From NCBI GenBank assembly GCA_965220745.1, contig CBDCQT010000005.1:32001-96000 (forward strand): a DNA stretch of 64,000 bases, in the 5' to 3' direction. The position numbers and the translations under genes were made by a program. Positions 46,562 through 58,902 of this stretch are shown here, one piece after another. How positions within the stretch are numbered: the stretch's first letter is position 1; every line of letters starts with the position of its first letter. This DNA is from Alphaproteobacteria bacterium (GTDB taxonomy: Bacteria > Pseudomonadota > Alphaproteobacteria > UBA828). The notes below the pieces were generated by a model. That model had not been told where the DNA came from. It saw only the letters and a list, made by a program, of their open reading frames with translations, and did no database searches.

Positions 46562-48463
46562 TCAGATCAGTGTGCGCACGTAGCGGCCCTGCACGTCGTC
46601 GCACCAGTTGCCGACGTTCCAGCGCCCGTAGGCCCCCATGCCGCCCCTGGGGTCGTCCCCGAAGTAGACCGGGACGTGGATGAGGCTGAGGCCGTCGTAG
46701 TCGAACGCCTCTTCGAGCGCCGCGGTGAGCGAAGACGGATCGAACCCGCCCGAGAGCGCCTTCACGCCCGGCACCGACGCCGCCATCTGCACGTAATCCA
46801 CCGGCACGGAGTCCGAGGTGCGGAAATCCGCTCCGTACTGTGCCTGCTGCAACTGGCTGATCGCGCCCATGCGGCGGTTGTCGAACAGGACGATGGCGCC
46901 GCGCACGCCGTGCTCCACGCCGTCGATCAGTACCTGCGGATTCATGGTGAACGACCCGTCGCCGGTGAAGGCCACGCCATAGCGCCCGTTCTCGGCCAGC
47001 GCGCCGGCGAGCAGGGCCGACACCGAGAACCCCATGTAGGACGCGCCCGCCTCGGTGAAGGTCTCGTAGGGCTCGTCGTCCTCGACGATCTGGAAGCCGT
47101 TGGCCTGCACGTCGCCGGCGTCGAAGAATTTGATGGCGCCGCGCGCCTTGCAGAACGCCGCGGTCACCGCGATCGCCTGGGGCTGGGTCAGCACCTCCCG
47201 CTGCCAGACCGCGTCGACGGGTTGGGCGGCATCGAGCTGCGCGGTCCTGAATGCCCGCCACTCGGCCTTCTTCGCGGCGCAGGCGTCGAGCCAATTCCGC
47301 TTGCTCGCGGGCGCCCCCTGATGATCGCGGCGCAGCACGTCGTTCAGGCGCTCCAGCACCGCACCGGCATCGCCGCACAGCGCAGACGTGCGGTTGTAGT
47401 GCTGGACGTCCTCCGGATCGGCGTTGATGTTGACGACGTGGCGGACCTTCGGCCACCCGGTTCCCGAGCAGTCGCTCTGGCACACCGCCCGGCTGCCGAT
47501 GACCACCAGAAGGTCCGCTTCCTCCATCGCGAAGTTGCCGCTGATGCTCCCCTTGGAGCCGCCGACGTGCAGGTTTTGCGGGTGGTCGTCGGGCAGCACA
47601 CCGGTCGAGCCGGGGCTGAGCACTACCGCCGCGCCCGCCAGCTCCGCGAACTCCCGGATTTCTCGGGCGAAGGGGCGTGCCCCGCCACCCGCCTTGACCG
47701 CGACGCGCCGGGCGCCGGCGACGAGCGCCGCGGCCTCGGCGTAAGCGTCCTCGTCGGCGGGTGCGGCGGGGGAGAACGCGGGCGTCGCCGGCAGGGTATC
47801 GAGCCGGATCAGGGTCTCCGCCGGCTGCGTGTTGAGCGGCAAGTTGAGGTAGAACGGCCCGGCGTTCCACGGGTGGAACACCGTCATCGCGCTCCGGCGC
47901 AGCGCCGCCCGCAGCCCGCCGGGGCTGTGCAGGGTCCAGGACTCGCCCATCAGCGCGGTCATCTGCCCGAACAGCCCCTGCGCCGGCTTCGGCACCTGCT
48001 GCATGTTGTAGCCTTCGCCGTGCGTGGTCTCGTCGCCGTAGAGGTGATAGATGCCGACGCCGTTGGAGGCCGCCGCCAGCGATCCGGCCATCGCCTGCAT
48101 CGCGCCCGGCCCGATGGAGGTGACAACGGCGGAGGGCTCCCCGTAGACCCAGCGGAGCGCGGTCGCGGCGTGGGCCATCGCGACCTCGTTACGGAACTGC
48201 CAGCACCGGACCAGACCTTGGTCCTGGTAGACCCGCAGCACCTCGCCGACTGCGGTGGAGCCATGCCCGAAGATCGCGAGGTACTTGGTCACGCCCTGAC
48301 GCATCAGGCCCAGCACCAGCGCCTCGGCGAGGGGAAGGGCGACCGGCTCGCCGAGCCGCCCTGCGTCGATGGCCGCGTTCAGGCCGCCCGCATCGGCGAG
48401 CCATGCGGCTCTGCCGTCCATCGAAGATGGCAGCGGTTCGGGCGTGCCAGCAGTGTTCGTCAT
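46562..48463 (-). CDS. IolD-like thiamine-diphosphate enzyme
   Basis: AIFGHG, RNEVAMAHAA, TSIGPGA, SYMG and GDGSF...N; ATGA overlap with the upstream gene. Confidence 0.8.
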   Translation of the reverse strand: MTNTAGTPEPLPSSMDGRAAWLADAGGLNAAIDAGRLGEPVALPLAEALVLGLMRQGVTKYLAIFGHGSTAVGEVLRVYQDQGLVRCWQFRNEVAMAHAATALRWVYGEPSAVVTSIGPGAMQAMAGSLAAASNGVGIYHLYGDETTHGEGYNMQQVPKPAQGLFGQMTALMGESWTLHSPGGLRAALRRSAMTVFHPWNAGPFYLNLPLNTQPAETLIRLDTLPATPAFSPAAPADEDAYAEAAALVAGARRVAVKAGGGARPFAREIREFAELAGAAVVLSPGSTGVLPDDHPQNLHVGGSKGSISGNFAMEEADLLVVIGSRAVCQSDCSGTGWPKVRHVVNINADPEDVQHYNRTSALCGDAGAVLERLNDVLRRDHQGAPASKRNWLDACAAKKAEWRAFRTAQLDAAQPVDAVWQREVLTQPQAIAVTAAFCKARGAIKFFDAGDVQANGFQIVEDDEPYETFTEAGASYMGFSVSALLAGALAENGRYGVAFTGDGSFTMNPQVLIDGVEHGVRGAIVLFDNRRMGAISQLQQAQYGADFRTSDSVPVDYVQMAASVPGVKALSGGFDPSSLTAALEEAFDYDGLSLIHVPVYFGDDPRGGMGAYGRWNVGNWCDDVQGRYVRTLI

Positions 48464-49554
48464 GCGCTCGTTCCTCCTTCGGCAGCGACCGTCACCGGCC
48501 TGCCCAGGCGGGCGGACTCGAGCGCGGCGAGCGCGAAGCGCAGCACCTGCCGGCCCTCGCGCGCGGTCAGCACCGGCCGCCCGCCCTCGGACAGAACCTC
48601 CAGAAAGTGCCGTGTTGAGAGCACGAAGCTCTGCTCCCAACCGGTCTCAACGTCGCGGAACTCGGTGATGGCGCCATCCCGGTAGAGCGCGACCGGCGGC
48701 GCATCGGCGAGCCGTCCGTGGCCGCCGTTCAGCCAGATCACGCCCTTGCTGCCGGTGATCTCCACGCGGTCGTCCTGGGCATAGTGCCGGGTCGCGATCT
48801 CCAGCTCCGGCGAATGGACGATCTCCAGATTGCCGATGCGGTTGCCGGGAAAGCGGAACGACACGATCGAGGGCGCGTCCAGCCGCTCCCGGTGGTCTGC
48901 CGTCTCGGTCTCTCCGATGAAGGCGTGGACCTCCTCCGGCTCGCCCATGAAGTGCCAGGCCAGGGCGAACTTGTGGTGGCCGTCGTCGAACACCAGCGGC
49001 CCGCCGCCGGCGTGCTCGGGCCGCTGCCGCCAGGCGATCGCGCTTGCCGGCACGTCCCAAGCAGTCGCGCTCCGCCCCGGATTGCTCTTGATGCGGATGG
49101 AGAGCGGCGTGCCGATCGCGCCCTCTGCGATCAGCTTCCGCGCCCACACGACCGGGGGGTAGAACAGGAAGTTCTCGAACACCTTGAACGGGCGGTCCGA
49201 GGCGTCTGCGGCGGCGACCAGACGGTTGGCTTCCTCCAGCGAGACGCACATCGGCTTCTGGAGCGAGACGATCTTGCCGGCGTCGACCGCCTTCAGCGCC
49301 GCGTCCAGATGCAGGTGATGGGGCAGCAGGATCTCGACGAGATCCACGTCCGGGCGGGCGAGCAGGGCGTCGATGTCGTCATCGATGGCAACGTCGTCGA
49401 GGCCCCAGGCCGCCGCTCGCTCCGCCGCACGCGTCGTATCCACGTCGCAGAGCGCCACGATCCGCGCCAGCGGGTTGGCCAGATACTCGATGGCGTGCAG
49501 ATCGGAAATCCGGCCCGTGCCCACGATGCCCACTCCGATGGGACCGCTCTGCAT
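48460..49554 (-). CDS. Gfo/Idh/MocA-family oxidoreductase
   Basis: IVGTGRIS, PHHLH, QKPM and DDGHH. Confidence 0.9.
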   Translation of the reverse strand: MQSGPIGVGIVGTGRISDLHAIEYLANPLARIVALCDVDTTRAAERAAAWGLDDVAIDDDIDALLARPDVDLVEILLPHHLHLDAALKAVDAGKIVSLQKPMCVSLEEANRLVAAADASDRPFKVFENFLFYPPVVWARKLIAEGAIGTPLSIRIKSNPGRSATAWDVPASAIAWRQRPEHAGGGPLVFDDGHHKFALAWHFMGEPEEVHAFIGETETADHRERLDAPSIVSFRFPGNRIGNLEIVHSPELEIATRHYAQDDRVEITGSKGVIWLNGGHGRLADAPPVALYRDGAITEFRDVETGWEQSFVLSTRHFLEVLSEGGRPVLTAREGRQVLRFALAALESARLGRPVTVAAEGGTSA

Positions 49555-49818
49555 AACTTGTCAGCTCCCGTCGCGGCAGCGGGTGGACACGCCGGTCACG
49601 CGGGGTCGTCCCGCGTGGCCGATACGCTGCGAACCTAGGCGGTTTCCACGCCGTCGCGCAACGAATGCCGCCGATGCTTCATCGACAGTTCGGCATGCTC
49701 TGGCGCGATATCCCGGTGAATCGGCCCCGTTCTCGTTGACTCCGCGCGGAGCGATGCGCTTCACTTTCGAGTTGCTCAATCACAACGCTGGCATATCAAC
49801 CGCATGGGGGAAAATTCC

Positions 49819-51090
49819 ATGATCACTCTCAACAGGCGCGGGCTGCTGGCCGCCGTGGCGGTCGTGCCCGCGCTGGCGTTCGGCGCGCCCGCATTCGCGC
49901 AGGGCGGCGACGTCACGCTCACGCACTACTTCACCGGCGAGTTCGGACTCAAGATCTTCAACGAGCAGGTCGCGAAGTTCGAAGCCGCCACCGACTACAC
50001 CATCAAGAACAGCCCCATCGGTCACGAGGACTTCAAGACCGATATCCTGGTGCGCGCGGCCGGCGATAGCCTGCCCGATGTCTTCAGCTACTGGGCGGGC
50101 GCGCGGACGCAGTTCGTCGTCGATTCCGGAAGTCTCCACACCATCGACGACATGTGGGCCCGGGACGGCCTCGACAATGTCGTCGCGAAGTCCGTGGCCG
50201 ACAGCGCCACCATGTACAACGGCGCGCGCTACCTGGTGCCGTTCAACTACCACTACGCGGGCATGTTCTATAACACCCAGGTGCTCGCGGACGCGGGCGT
50301 CAGCGAGATGCCGACGACCTGGGACGGGTTCCTCGCGCTCTGCGAGACCCTGAAGGGTAAGGGCGTGACCCCGATCGCGCTCGGCTCCAAGAATCGTTGG
50401 CCCGCCCAGTTCTGGTTCGACTATCTGCTGCTCGGCACCGCCGGCCCCGACTACCGCGCCGGCCTGATGAACGGCTCCGCGTCCTACGACGACGCCGAGG
50501 TCAAGGCCGCCATGGCGATGTGGAAGGCCCTGGCGGACAAGGGCTACTTCGCCGCCAACGCCAACGCCGATTCATGGACGGATGCGTCGGACAAGGTGGC
50601 CCGCGGCGATGCGGCGATGACCTTGATGGGCACCTGGATCACCGGCTACTGGAACGGACTGGGGCTCGAGCCCGGCACGGACTACGACTTCTTCCCGTTC
50701 CCGGCCATCGCCGACGGCGTGCCAGTCTCGGTGGTCGGCCCGGTGGACGGCCTGGTCATCTCCAACGACGGGGAGAACCGCGCCGGCGCCGAGGCGTTCC
50801 TCAGCTTCATGATGTCGAACGCCGACGTGCAGGCGAGCTGGACCGGCGCATACGGGGCGCTCAGCGCCAACGTCAACGTCGATCCGGCGAACTACAACGT
50901 CGTGATGCAGCGGGTCTCCGGCATCGTGGCCGGGGCGGACAACTTCGCGTTCAACTACGACCTCGCGACACCGCCGCCGGTGGCGGAGGTCGGGCTCTCC
51001 ATGTTCTCGCGCTTCATGGACGACCCGAGCAAGGTGGACGATATCCTCGCGCAGGTCGCCGCGGACGCAGCCCAGGCGTTCACGGAGTAG
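49819..51090 (+). CDS. Sugar ABC transporter substrate-binding protein
   Basis: NRRGLL signal, LPDVF, FYN and GDAAMTLMGTW. Confidence 0.9.
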   Translation: MITLNRRGLLAAVAVVPALAFGAPAFAQGGDVTLTHYFTGEFGLKIFNEQVAKFEAATDYTIKNSPIGHEDFKTDILVRAAGDSLPDVFSYWAGARTQFVVDSGSLHTIDDMWARDGLDNVVAKSVADSATMYNGARYLVPFNYHYAGMFYNTQVLADAGVSEMPTTWDGFLALCETLKGKGVTPIALGSKNRWPAQFWFDYLLLGTAGPDYRAGLMNGSASYDDAEVKAAMAMWKALADKGYFAANANADSWTDASDKVARGDAAMTLMGTWITGYWNGLGLEPGTDYDFFPFPAIADGVPVSVVGPVDGLVISNDGENRAGAEAFLSFMMSNADVQASWTGAYGALSANVNVDPANYNVVMQRVSGIVAGADNFAFNYDLATPPPVAEVGLSMFSRFMDDPSKVDDILAQVAADAAQAFTE

Positions 51091-51107
51091 GCGCGGTTTC
51101 GTGCGGG

Positions 51108-51140
51108 CGGGCCGCCGGGCGGTACATCCCCGGCGGCCCG
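51108..51140 (+). terminator. GC stem-loop after the binding-protein gene (mRNA stabiliser/partial terminator)
   Basis: CGGGCCGCCGGG / CCCGGCGGCCCG 12-bp stem. Confidence 0.55.
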
Positions 51141-51167
51141 TTCACGTTCCGCCATGAGCAGTGATCG

Positions 51168-52049
51168 ATGGAACGGGAGAACCGTCTCTGGCGGGTAATC
51201 CTGCTGGCGTTGCCGCTTGCGGTGTTCGCAGCGTTCGTGGTCTGGCCGCTCGCCAGCTCCTTCTACTACAGCTTCACCGACTGGAACGGCTTCAATCCCG
51301 ACTACGACTTCGTCGGCTTCGATAACTTCCTCAAGATCCACACCGACAAGCTGTTCCTCAACGCCACGATCAACACGGCGTTCTGGATCGTCGCGGCGAT
51401 CGTCGTGCCGACTGCGCTCGGGCTCGGGCTCGCGCTCCTGATCGACAGCCGCATTCCCGGCGGCCCGGTGTTCAAGTCGATCTTCTACCTGCCGATCTGC
51501 CTCTCGGCCGTGGTGGTCGGGCAGATCTGGGTCTGGATCTACCAGCCGGACTGGGGGCTGCTGAACACCGTGGTGGAGGCGGTGACCGGCGAGAACTTCA
51601 ACTACGCGTGGCTGGCGAAGCCGGATAGCGCGCTCTGGTCGGTGATCCTCGCCTGGTCGTGGCAGCAGACCGGGCTCTCCATGGTGATCTTCCTGGCCGG
51701 GCTCACCACCATCCCCGAGGAGCTGCTGGAGGTGTGCGAGATCGAGGGCGCGAAGGTCTTTCAGCGCATCCGCCTGGTGGTCATCCCCCTGCTCACGCCG
51801 GCCACGGTGGTGGTGATCGCGCTCAACGTCATCAACTCGCTGAAGGGATTCGACATCCTCTACACCATGACCGGCGGCGGGCCGTTCAACAGCTCCGACA
51901 CGCTCGCCATGCACATGTACAACGAGTCCTTCAAGAAGTACCTGATGGGCTACGGCAGCGCGATCTCGGTGGTCCTGTTCCTGATCGCGCTCACCATCAT
52001 CCGCCTCTACTTCCGCCAGCTGCGCAAGGTGGACGAGCTCCATGGCTGA
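51168..52049 (+). CDS. Sugar ABC permease
   Basis: MalF-type: IFLAGL..IPEEL.E..IEGA and MTGGGP. Confidence 0.92.
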   Translation: MERENRLWRVILLALPLAVFAAFVVWPLASSFYYSFTDWNGFNPDYDFVGFDNFLKIHTDKLFLNATINTAFWIVAAIVVPTALGLGLALLIDSRIPGGPVFKSIFYLPICLSAVVVGQIWVWIYQPDWGLLNTVVEAVTGENFNYAWLAKPDSALWSVILAWSWQQTGLSMVIFLAGLTTIPEELLEVCEIEGAKVFQRIRLVVIPLLTPATVVVIALNVINSLKGFDILYTMTGGGPFNSSDTLAMHMYNESFKKYLMGYGSAISVVLFLIALTIIRLYFRQLRKVDELHG

Positions 52050-52902
52050 CGTGGCCCTCGTCCCGGCTTCGGCCAAGCGGTTCAACCCGTGGCCTGCGGT
52101 GATCTTCATCTCGCTCGCGGTTCTGGCGGTGCTGTTCCTGGCGCCGACCGCCGGGGTGCTGCTCTCCTCGATCAAGACCACCCGCGACATCGCCCTCGGC
52201 CAGCTGTGGACGATCCCGTCGGAGCTTTTCTGGGGCAACTACGCCGAGGTGCTGGCCAACCCGGCCGTGCACCGCTACTTCCTCAACACGCTGCTCGTCA
52301 CCGCGCCGGCGACGGTGGCCTCGATCGCGCTGGGCTCGCTGGCCGGCTACGTCTTCGCCAAGCTGCCGTTCCGCGGCAGCAACCTGCTCTTCCTCGTCAT
52401 CGTCTCCGGCATGTTCTTCCCGCCGCAGGTGATCCTGATTCCCCTGTTCCGGCTCTTCAACGCCATGGATCTGATCGACACCCTCTACCCCATCGTCATC
52501 ATCCACACCGCGATGGGGATCCCCATCTGCACGCTCTTGATGCGCAACTTCTTCGCCACCGTCCCCAATGCGCTGCGCGAGGCGGCGATCCTGGAAGGCG
52601 CGAACGAGTGGCAGGTGCTGACCCGGGTGGCGCTGCCGCTCAGCCTGCCGGCGCTGGCCGTACTGGCGACGCTCCAGTTCACCTGGATCTGGAACGACTT
52701 CCTGTGGCCGCTCATCTTCACCCAGTCCGACGAGAAGCGGACCATCATGCTGGGAATCGTGAACCTGCAGGGGCAGTACTCGGTTGCCTGGGGGGTGCAG
52801 GGATCGCTGTCGCTGATCGCGAGCTTGCCGACGCTCATCGTGTTCCTGTTCTTCCAGCGCTATTTCATCAAGGGGATGACCATGGGCGCGGTGAAGGGTT
52901 GA
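52042..52902 (+). CDS. Sugar ABC permease
   Basis: MalG-type: EAAILEGA and WNDFLWP. Confidence 0.92.
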   Translation: MADVALVPASAKRFNPWPAVIFISLAVLAVLFLAPTAGVLLSSIKTTRDIALGQLWTIPSELFWGNYAEVLANPAVHRYFLNTLLVTAPATVASIALGSLAGYVFAKLPFRGSNLLFLVIVSGMFFPPQVILIPLFRLFNAMDLIDTLYPIVIIHTAMGIPICTLLMRNFFATVPNALREAAILEGANEWQVLTRVALPLSLPALAVLATLQFTWIWNDFLWPLIFTQSDEKRTIMLGIVNLQGQYSVAWGVQGSLSLIASLPTLIVFLFFQRYFIKGMTMGAVKG

Positions 52903-52904
52903 CG

Positions 52905-55429
<2,525 letters not shown>

Positions 55430-55506
55430 GCTAGCCCGCATGTCTCGCCGGGGTCACGGCCAGCGCGGCACTGGCGCTGCGCGAACAGGACCATATATGT
55501 TCATCC

Positions 55507-57024
55507 ATGGGCGCGAGAGATTCGGCGCCGCGCACGGTCGACCTGCTCGTCATCGGCGGCGGCATTAACGGCACCGGCATCGCACGGGACGCGGCGGGGC
55601 GCGGTCTCGACGTGCTGCTGTGCGAGCAGGACGATCTGGCCGCGCACACCTCGTCTGCTAGCACCAAGCTGATCCACGGCGGGCTTCGCTACCTGGAGCA
55701 CCGCGACTTCCGGCTCGTGCGCCAGTCGCTGCGCGAGCGCGCGGTGCTGTTGCGCATCGCCCCGCACATCGTCTGGCCGCTGCGCTTCGTGCTGCCGCAC
55801 CACGCCGGGCTGCGCCCCTGGTGGATGATCCGCCTCGGCCTCTTTCTCTACGACCGCCTCGGCGGGCGCGGCCCGCTACCGCCGTGTGCGAGCGTCGATC
55901 TCGGCCGGCACCCGAGCGGGCGCGCGCTGCAGGGGCGCTATCGCCGGGCCTTCGAATACTCGGACTGCTGGGTGCAGGATTCGCGGCTCGTGGTCCTCAA
56001 CGCCCGCGATGCGCACGCCCGCGGAGCGGAGGTGCGCACCCGCACGCAATGCGTGTCGCTCGCGCCGAATGGCTCGGGCTGGACGGCGGTTCTTGCCGAT
56101 GGGCTGTCGGGCGAGCGCGTCACTGTCGAGGCGCGTGGCGTCGTCAACGCGAGCGGCCCTTGGGTCGGCCGCACCCGCGCGCTCACGGGTGGCGCCCAAG
56201 CAAAGCAGGGTGTCAGGCTCATCAAGGGCAGCCACATCGTGGTGCGCAGGCTCTTCGACCACGCGCACCCCTACATCTTCCAGACCGGCGACGGCCGCGT
56301 GCTGTTCGCGATCCCCTACGAGGGGGACTTCACCCTGCTGGGGACGACCGACGTGGAGTTCGGGGGCGCGCCGGGGCCGGTCGAGATCACGCCCGAGGAG
56401 ATCGACTACATCTGCGCGGCGGCCAATCTCTACTTCGAAACCCCCGTGACTCCGGACGACGTGGTGTGGAGCTACGCCGGCATCCGTCCGCTGATCGACG
56501 ATCACGCGGAGAACGCGAGCGAGGTCACCCGCGACTACGTGCTGCACCTCGATGCGGCGCCGGCCCCGATGCTATCGGTCCACGGCGGCAAGATCACGAC
56601 CTACCGGAGGCTCGCCGAGCGGGCGGTGGACATGCTCGCGGGGCCTCTCGGTGCCAGTGGATCGCGGTGGACGGCCGACGCGCCTCTCCCCGGTGGGGAA
56701 ATCCCCAACGCCGATATCGGTGGGTTCACCGCGCAATGCGCCGCGCGGTACTCATGGCTGCCGGAGGGGTTGCTCCGTCATTTCGTGCGGCACTACGGCA
56801 CCGATATGCACGTGCTGCTCAACGGCTGCAGCAGCATCGACGACCTGGGCGAGCACTTCGGGGCCGGGCTTTACGCGGCGGAGGTCGCGTATCTGGTCAG
56901 GCACGAGTGGGCCCGGACCGCCGAGGACATCCTGTGGCGCCGCACCCGCAAGGGCCTGGGCGTCTCCGCAGGCGGCGTCGAGCGACTGCAGGCGTACCTT
57001 GGGGAGACGTACGGCGAGCGGTGA
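55507..57024 (+). CDS. glpD: Aerobic glycerol-3-phosphate dehydrogenase
   Basis: IGGGING, TSSASTKLIHGGLRYLE and GGKITTYR. Confidence 0.94.
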   Translation: MGARDSAPRTVDLLVIGGGINGTGIARDAAGRGLDVLLCEQDDLAAHTSSASTKLIHGGLRYLEHRDFRLVRQSLRERAVLLRIAPHIVWPLRFVLPHHAGLRPWWMIRLGLFLYDRLGGRGPLPPCASVDLGRHPSGRALQGRYRRAFEYSDCWVQDSRLVVLNARDAHARGAEVRTRTQCVSLAPNGSGWTAVLADGLSGERVTVEARGVVNASGPWVGRTRALTGGAQAKQGVRLIKGSHIVVRRLFDHAHPYIFQTGDGRVLFAIPYEGDFTLLGTTDVEFGGAPGPVEITPEEIDYICAAANLYFETPVTPDDVVWSYAGIRPLIDDHAENASEVTRDYVLHLDAAPAPMLSVHGGKITTYRRLAERAVDMLAGPLGASGSRWTADAPLPGGEIPNADIGGFTAQCAARYSWLPEGLLRHFVRHYGTDMHVLLNGCSSIDDLGEHFGAGLYAAEVAYLVRHEWARTAEDILWRRTRKGLGVSAGGVERLQAYLGETYGER

Positions 57025-57031
57025 TTCTGTT

Positions 57032-58369
57032 TTAGCCCTCGCCCCGGTCTCGGCCGACGACCATCTCGCCCTTGACGTAGACTGCGCGGACGGCGCGGTC
57101 GTCGCCCAGCATCATCAACGCGAACAGCATGTCCTCCAGGCTCTCGGAGAGCTCGTTACGGGCGGCGAGCACCGGCGTCGCACACGGATCGAGCACGACG
57201 ACATCGGCCCAGCGTCCGGCATCGAGCGTGCCGATCTCGGCATCCAGACCAAGGCCGCGCGCATTGCCCAGGGTGGCGAGGTAGAACCCGTCGAAGGCGC
57301 TGAAGCTGCAGCCCTTCAGCCGGGCGATCTTGTAGGCCTCCGCGAGCGTCTGCAGCAGCGAATAGCTGGTGCCGCCGCCGATATCGGTGGCGATGCCGAC
57401 CCTGACCGGGCGCGGGGCCGCGTACAGATGCTCGATGTCGAACAGTCCCGATCCCAAAAACGCGTTCGAGGTCGGGCTGTGGACGACCATAGAGCCCGCG
57501 TCGTGCAGGGCCTGGCATTCGCGTTCCGAGAGATGGATACCGTGGGCGAAAACGGAGGTTTCGCCCACGAGGCCGAAACGCGCATAGACGTCGGTGTAGT
57601 CCTTCGACCAGGGAAACAGCCGCTGCACCAGCTCGATCTCCGCGGCGCTCTCGGAGAGGTGCGTATGGAGCAGGCAACCGGGATGGTCGGCCAGGAGCTC
57701 GCCGGCAAGCCGAAGCTGCGCTTCACTCGACGTGACGGCGAAACGCACCGTGAGCGCGTAGCGCAGGCGTTCGACCTCGTGCCACGAGGCGATGAGGTCG
57801 GCGCTCTCCCGCGCGCTCGCTTCGGCGCTCTGAGTCACGGCCGGGGGCGCGTTGCAGTCCATCATGGTCGCCCCCGTCATCAGGCAGAGGCCGCGCCGAT
57901 TTGCCGCCCGAAAGAGGCAGTCGGCCGCGTTACCGTGCACGGTGGAGAAGACGAGGGCGCTGGTGGTGCCGTGGCTCACGAGCTTGTCGAGGAAGTTCTC
58001 CGCCGCTGCCGCGGCATGGTCCTCGTCGGCGTACCGCGCCTCCTCGGGGAAGGCGAAGCGCTCGAGCCATTCGAGCAGGTCGTGCGCAGGCGCCGCCAGC
58101 ATGCGGTGTTGCGGAAAGTGAACATGCGCATCGATCAATCCCGGCAGGATGACCTCGCGGCCATAGCGCTCGCACGGAGCCTCGGCGTGCTCCCGCGGCA
58201 GGTCGACGAAGGCGCCGTGCCACAGGATCCGGCCCTGCTGGCTCACGACCACCGCCCCGTCCTCGTGGCTCCGCATCGCCTGGTCGGGGCCGACGACGCG
58301 GGGATCGTCCCGGAAACTTACCGTGCGGCCGCGCAGAACCCGTGCCGCGGCATCGGCGCCCGCCGTCAT
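57032..58369 (-). CDS. guaD: Guanine deaminase
   Basis: PGLIDAHVHFPQ, HTHLSE, SNAFLGSG and ATDIGGGTS. Confidence 0.92.
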   Translation of the reverse strand: MTAGADAAARVLRGRTVSFRDDPRVVGPDQAMRSHEDGAVVVSQQGRILWHGAFVDLPREHAEAPCERYGREVILPGLIDAHVHFPQHRMLAAPAHDLLEWLERFAFPEEARYADEDHAAAAAENFLDKLVSHGTTSALVFSTVHGNAADCLFRAANRRGLCLMTGATMMDCNAPPAVTQSAEASARESADLIASWHEVERLRYALTVRFAVTSSEAQLRLAGELLADHPGCLLHTHLSESAAEIELVQRLFPWSKDYTDVYARFGLVGETSVFAHGIHLSERECQALHDAGSMVVHSPTSNAFLGSGLFDIEHLYAAPRPVRVGIATDIGGGTSYSLLQTLAEAYKIARLKGCSFSAFDGFYLATLGNARGLGLDAEIGTLDAGRWADVVVLDPCATPVLAARNELSESLEDMLFALMMLGDDRAVRAVYVKGEMVVGRDRGEG

Positions 58370-58899
58370 CCCGCGACCCGATCCTCGATGCGGAAGCGCA
58401 TGATGCGGCAGACATTGTCGATCGCGTTCTCGACTTCGACCTCCCGCCCGTTGGCGATACGCTCCTCGAAGGCGGCGAGGATCATGTCCTTGGTCGCGCC
58501 CTTGACCGCGAAGATGAAGGGAATCGCGAAGCGTTGTTTGTAAGCGGCATTGAGCGCGGTGAAGCGCTCGAACTCATCGGGAGTCAACCGGCCGAGTCCT
58601 GCGCCCGCCTGTTCCCTGCGGGAGTCCTCGCTCAAATCACCGGCGATCGCCGCGCGGCCGGCGAGATCCGGATGCGCGCGCAGCACAGCCAGCTGTTCGT
58701 CCCGCGAAGCGTCGCGCAGGGCGGCGGCAAAGGCATCGGCGACCGCGTCCCGGTCGGCGAAGGGACGCGCGCCGGCGGCACGCTCGGCCACCCAGGGCGA
58801 GTGTTCCGCCACGTCGCCGAACCGGTTGGTGAAATCGGAGACGGCCATCCGGTTGAGATCGTCGATGGAAAGGACCATGCCCGCCGCCCTGCTGCTCAC
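58366..58899 (-). CDS. uraD: OHCU decarboxylase
   Basis: EHSPWVA, AHPDLA, S..EQ..AGL and PFIFAVKG. Confidence 0.92.
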   Translation of the reverse strand: MSSRAAGMVLSIDDLNRMAVSDFTNRFGDVAEHSPWVAERAAGARPFADRDAVADAFAAALRDASRDEQLAVLRAHPDLAGRAAIAGDLSEDSRREQAGAGLGRLTPDEFERFTALNAAYKQRFAIPFIFAVKGATKDMILAAFEERIANGREVEVENAIDNVCRIMRFRIEDRVAG

Positions 58900-58902
58900 G
58901 TC

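Noticed and set aside
49789-49805. Sigma54 promoter (TGGCAT-N5-CCGCA) before the sugar-binding protein
   Set aside because: Lacks the TTGC element and lies too close to the start codon.
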